DNA of 64,000 bases, taken from Paraspadella gotoi (taxonomy: Eukaryota > Animalia > Chaetognatha). Location of the stretch: assembly GCA_051294375.1 (NCBI GenBank), contig CM119263.1, positions 9,602,432 through 9,666,431 on the forward strand, given 5' to 3'. Below, piece by piece: positions 62,240-64,000 of the stretch. The notes below the pieces were generated by a model. The model was given only the letters and a program-made list of their open reading frames with translations. It was not told the DNA's origin and searched no databases. The stretch's first letter is position 1. Each line of letters begins with the position of its first letter. The translations under genes were made by a program, and so were the position numbers.

Positions 62240-63003
62240 CATAACCGATTTTGGAGGAGCGCTGGACGTGTCCCGACCAACAGCTTTGATCCAGCGATGG
62301 ACCGACTGCAGGAGAAGTCGACTCTGGAACAGCGAGAAAAAGATTCGTCGCTTCAGCTGATCCAAGATTTTATTATAATTTAATATTTTATATTTAATAC
62401 CAGATTGAAAGAAATACATCCTCGACGTCACAAGCGTCTTGAGAGAGTTCAACCGGAAACATGACATCGTCTGGCAAGGGCTGGGTGCCATGGAAAGAAA
62501 CGACAACATGGACATCCCGTCGGCGGGAGTTCGAGGAAATCGCAGATCGAAATGAAGGAGGCGAGAGATTCGAGTCCAGAACAGTTCGACGCTTACAAAA
62601 GTGTTTTGAGTTCATTTCACCGATCGATAACTCATTCAATCATCCAAATAAACCCTATCGCTTAGGCTGTCAATTAAGCAGTCAATAGGAGCGTCATCCA
62701 TCATTTACCCGAAAATATTTCTGCGTTTAACTGATTAACTGTTTCTAATCTAAAATCCCAAATGCTCCAATACAGGTCCATTAGAGGCGGACTCTGGAGA
62801 TTTTGAACGGAAATCGATCGGGGGACAGCAAGTGGAGATCACGGAGCCGATTTGGAGAACCATACGATCCCGAGGAGTTGAGGGCCTTTTTGAAGAACTT
62901 TCTGACGAGCGCGTGGATGACGAAGAGAGCGATCGAGGATGACCTCATTCGAGTCCGAGCGATTTTGAACCTTTACCTCTCGACTAACGCGCGAAAATTT
63001 TAG
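62240..63003 (+). CDS. 3' exons of an unidentified, charged helical protein (second copy at ~59490-60030)
   Basis: GC-rich blocks with AG acceptors (~62404, ~62775). Reading both copies together gives ..KYILDVTSVLREFNRKHDIV..RREFEEIADRMKEARDRV.. and ..DPEELRAFLKNFLTSAWMTKRAIEDDLIRVRAILNL..stop. Heavily frameshifted. Confidence 0.45.
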
Positions 63004-63526
63004 CTCATATTAGCTGATTGGATCGTAATTTATTCTGTGAAATTCTTTTGTTATTTTCACTCTTTGAATGATCATTTTGCAGATTATTTATTCTTTTTGT
63101 TGATTAAGACATTGACATTGGACAAATGGATTTTTATTTGGAAATTGTTTTATAGCCATTTAGAAATTGAAATAAGCCATTCACGAGACATTTACCGCAG
63201 CGGGTAAGTATTTGCGAAAAAAAGCTTGTTTTTTTATAATATTCGATGGATAATTTTAACGGATGAAAAGTAATCGTATTTACAAACATTGAAAATATAA
63301 TTCGACTGGGATAAGAATAAGATTAAAGGATTCTTAACAATTTTTTTTGGATGTCTTGTTTTTAAAATCTCTTGGTGCGCAAAAAAATTAATGATAAAAA
63401 GGAGATTAAAAGGAAAAGCCTATACAAGGAATTAAATAAAAATATCGATGAAAGAAGCAATTAAACATTCTTAACATAGAGAAAGGTTTTTTTTTAAATA
63501 TTGTTATTTTAATGTTTGTATCAACT

Positions 63527-64000
63527 GAAATCACAAAAATGATTCTTTTTCTCATCTTTCCCCCTTCTCCTTTTTTAAATATTTTTTTAATATCGAACGA
63601 CACCCCTTTGCTCTTTCCGTTCTTTCTTCTTTCCCTTTCACTCCACCACCTTCAACCCCGCGAGCTCTTTCCCCACTCCGTCCACCCCACCTTCCTGGAC
63701 CACACCCTCCGTCGGCGTCTTCACTTCGTCGGTCGCCCCCCTGACGATCAGAACTCGCCCTTTCCCATCCCACTCCCTGTTTGACTCGCGTGGAGAGGGG
63801 TCCCGGTCGCGACGACTGAGACGCCCTCCGCGGCCGCCGTCGCGCCTCACGGCGCATACCAGGCGCCAGGAACGCCTCCCTGAAAGCTGCGTCGAAGGCG
63901 AACGTAGGAGAGAAGTTGACGCGCAATTGGCCATGAGCAACGCACGCGCCACCGTCGTCAGGTCTTTTGAACGGCGGCGGTGTGGACTAGTGAGTTTGTC
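63527..64000 (-). pseudogene. Inverted, indel-rich duplicate of the GPCR last exon
   Basis: Encodes ARALLMANC..FREAFLA..STRVKQGVGWE in broken frames; probable assembly duplicate. Confidence 0.7.

Larger units (their letters stand above)
58720..64000. repeat. Compound duplication around the large N-gap (X Y gap .. Y' X'rc)
   Basis: ~59480-60270 is directly repeated at ~62440-63252. ~58720-59460 (GPCR 3' end) is inverted at ~63255-64000. Differences are mostly indels. Confidence 0.9.

Overview
Eukaryotic, intron-rich DNA, most likely from a ciliated bilaterian invertebrate (not identifiable further). It has GC-rich exons, AT-rich introns, many (AG)n/(CT)n microsatellites and an indel-prone assembly. 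Left to right: (1) the 5' part of an outer-arm axonemal dynein heavy chain (DNAH5/8-type, minus strand, runs off the left edge), with an RFX X-box upstream. (2) A roughly 35-kb DGCR2/IDD-like gene (signal peptide, VWC domain, TM helix, two PPPPY motifs) whose low-complexity cytoplasmic tail can be followed for about 2,100 aa to a PDZ-type C-terminus. (3) Two genes nested in its introns: an intronless condensation/alcohol-acetyltransferase-fold ORF with the catalytic His replaced, and an antisense 2'-5' oligoadenylate synthetase (OAS)-like gene with a predicted N-terminal membrane anchor and a C-terminal CaaX box (CILL). (4) A stand-alone secreted ITIH C-terminal-domain gene. (5) An FMRFamide-receptor-like GPCR with a Cys-rich third extracellular loop. 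Mobile DNA includes several MITEs, a tRNA-derived SINE, a LINE RT fragment and a TTAA-target element that is present in one copy of a duplicated block and absent from the other. Large inverted and direct duplications beside N-gaps are probably misassembled haplotigs or fold-back reads. All homology calls come from motifs recognised by eye; no searches were run.
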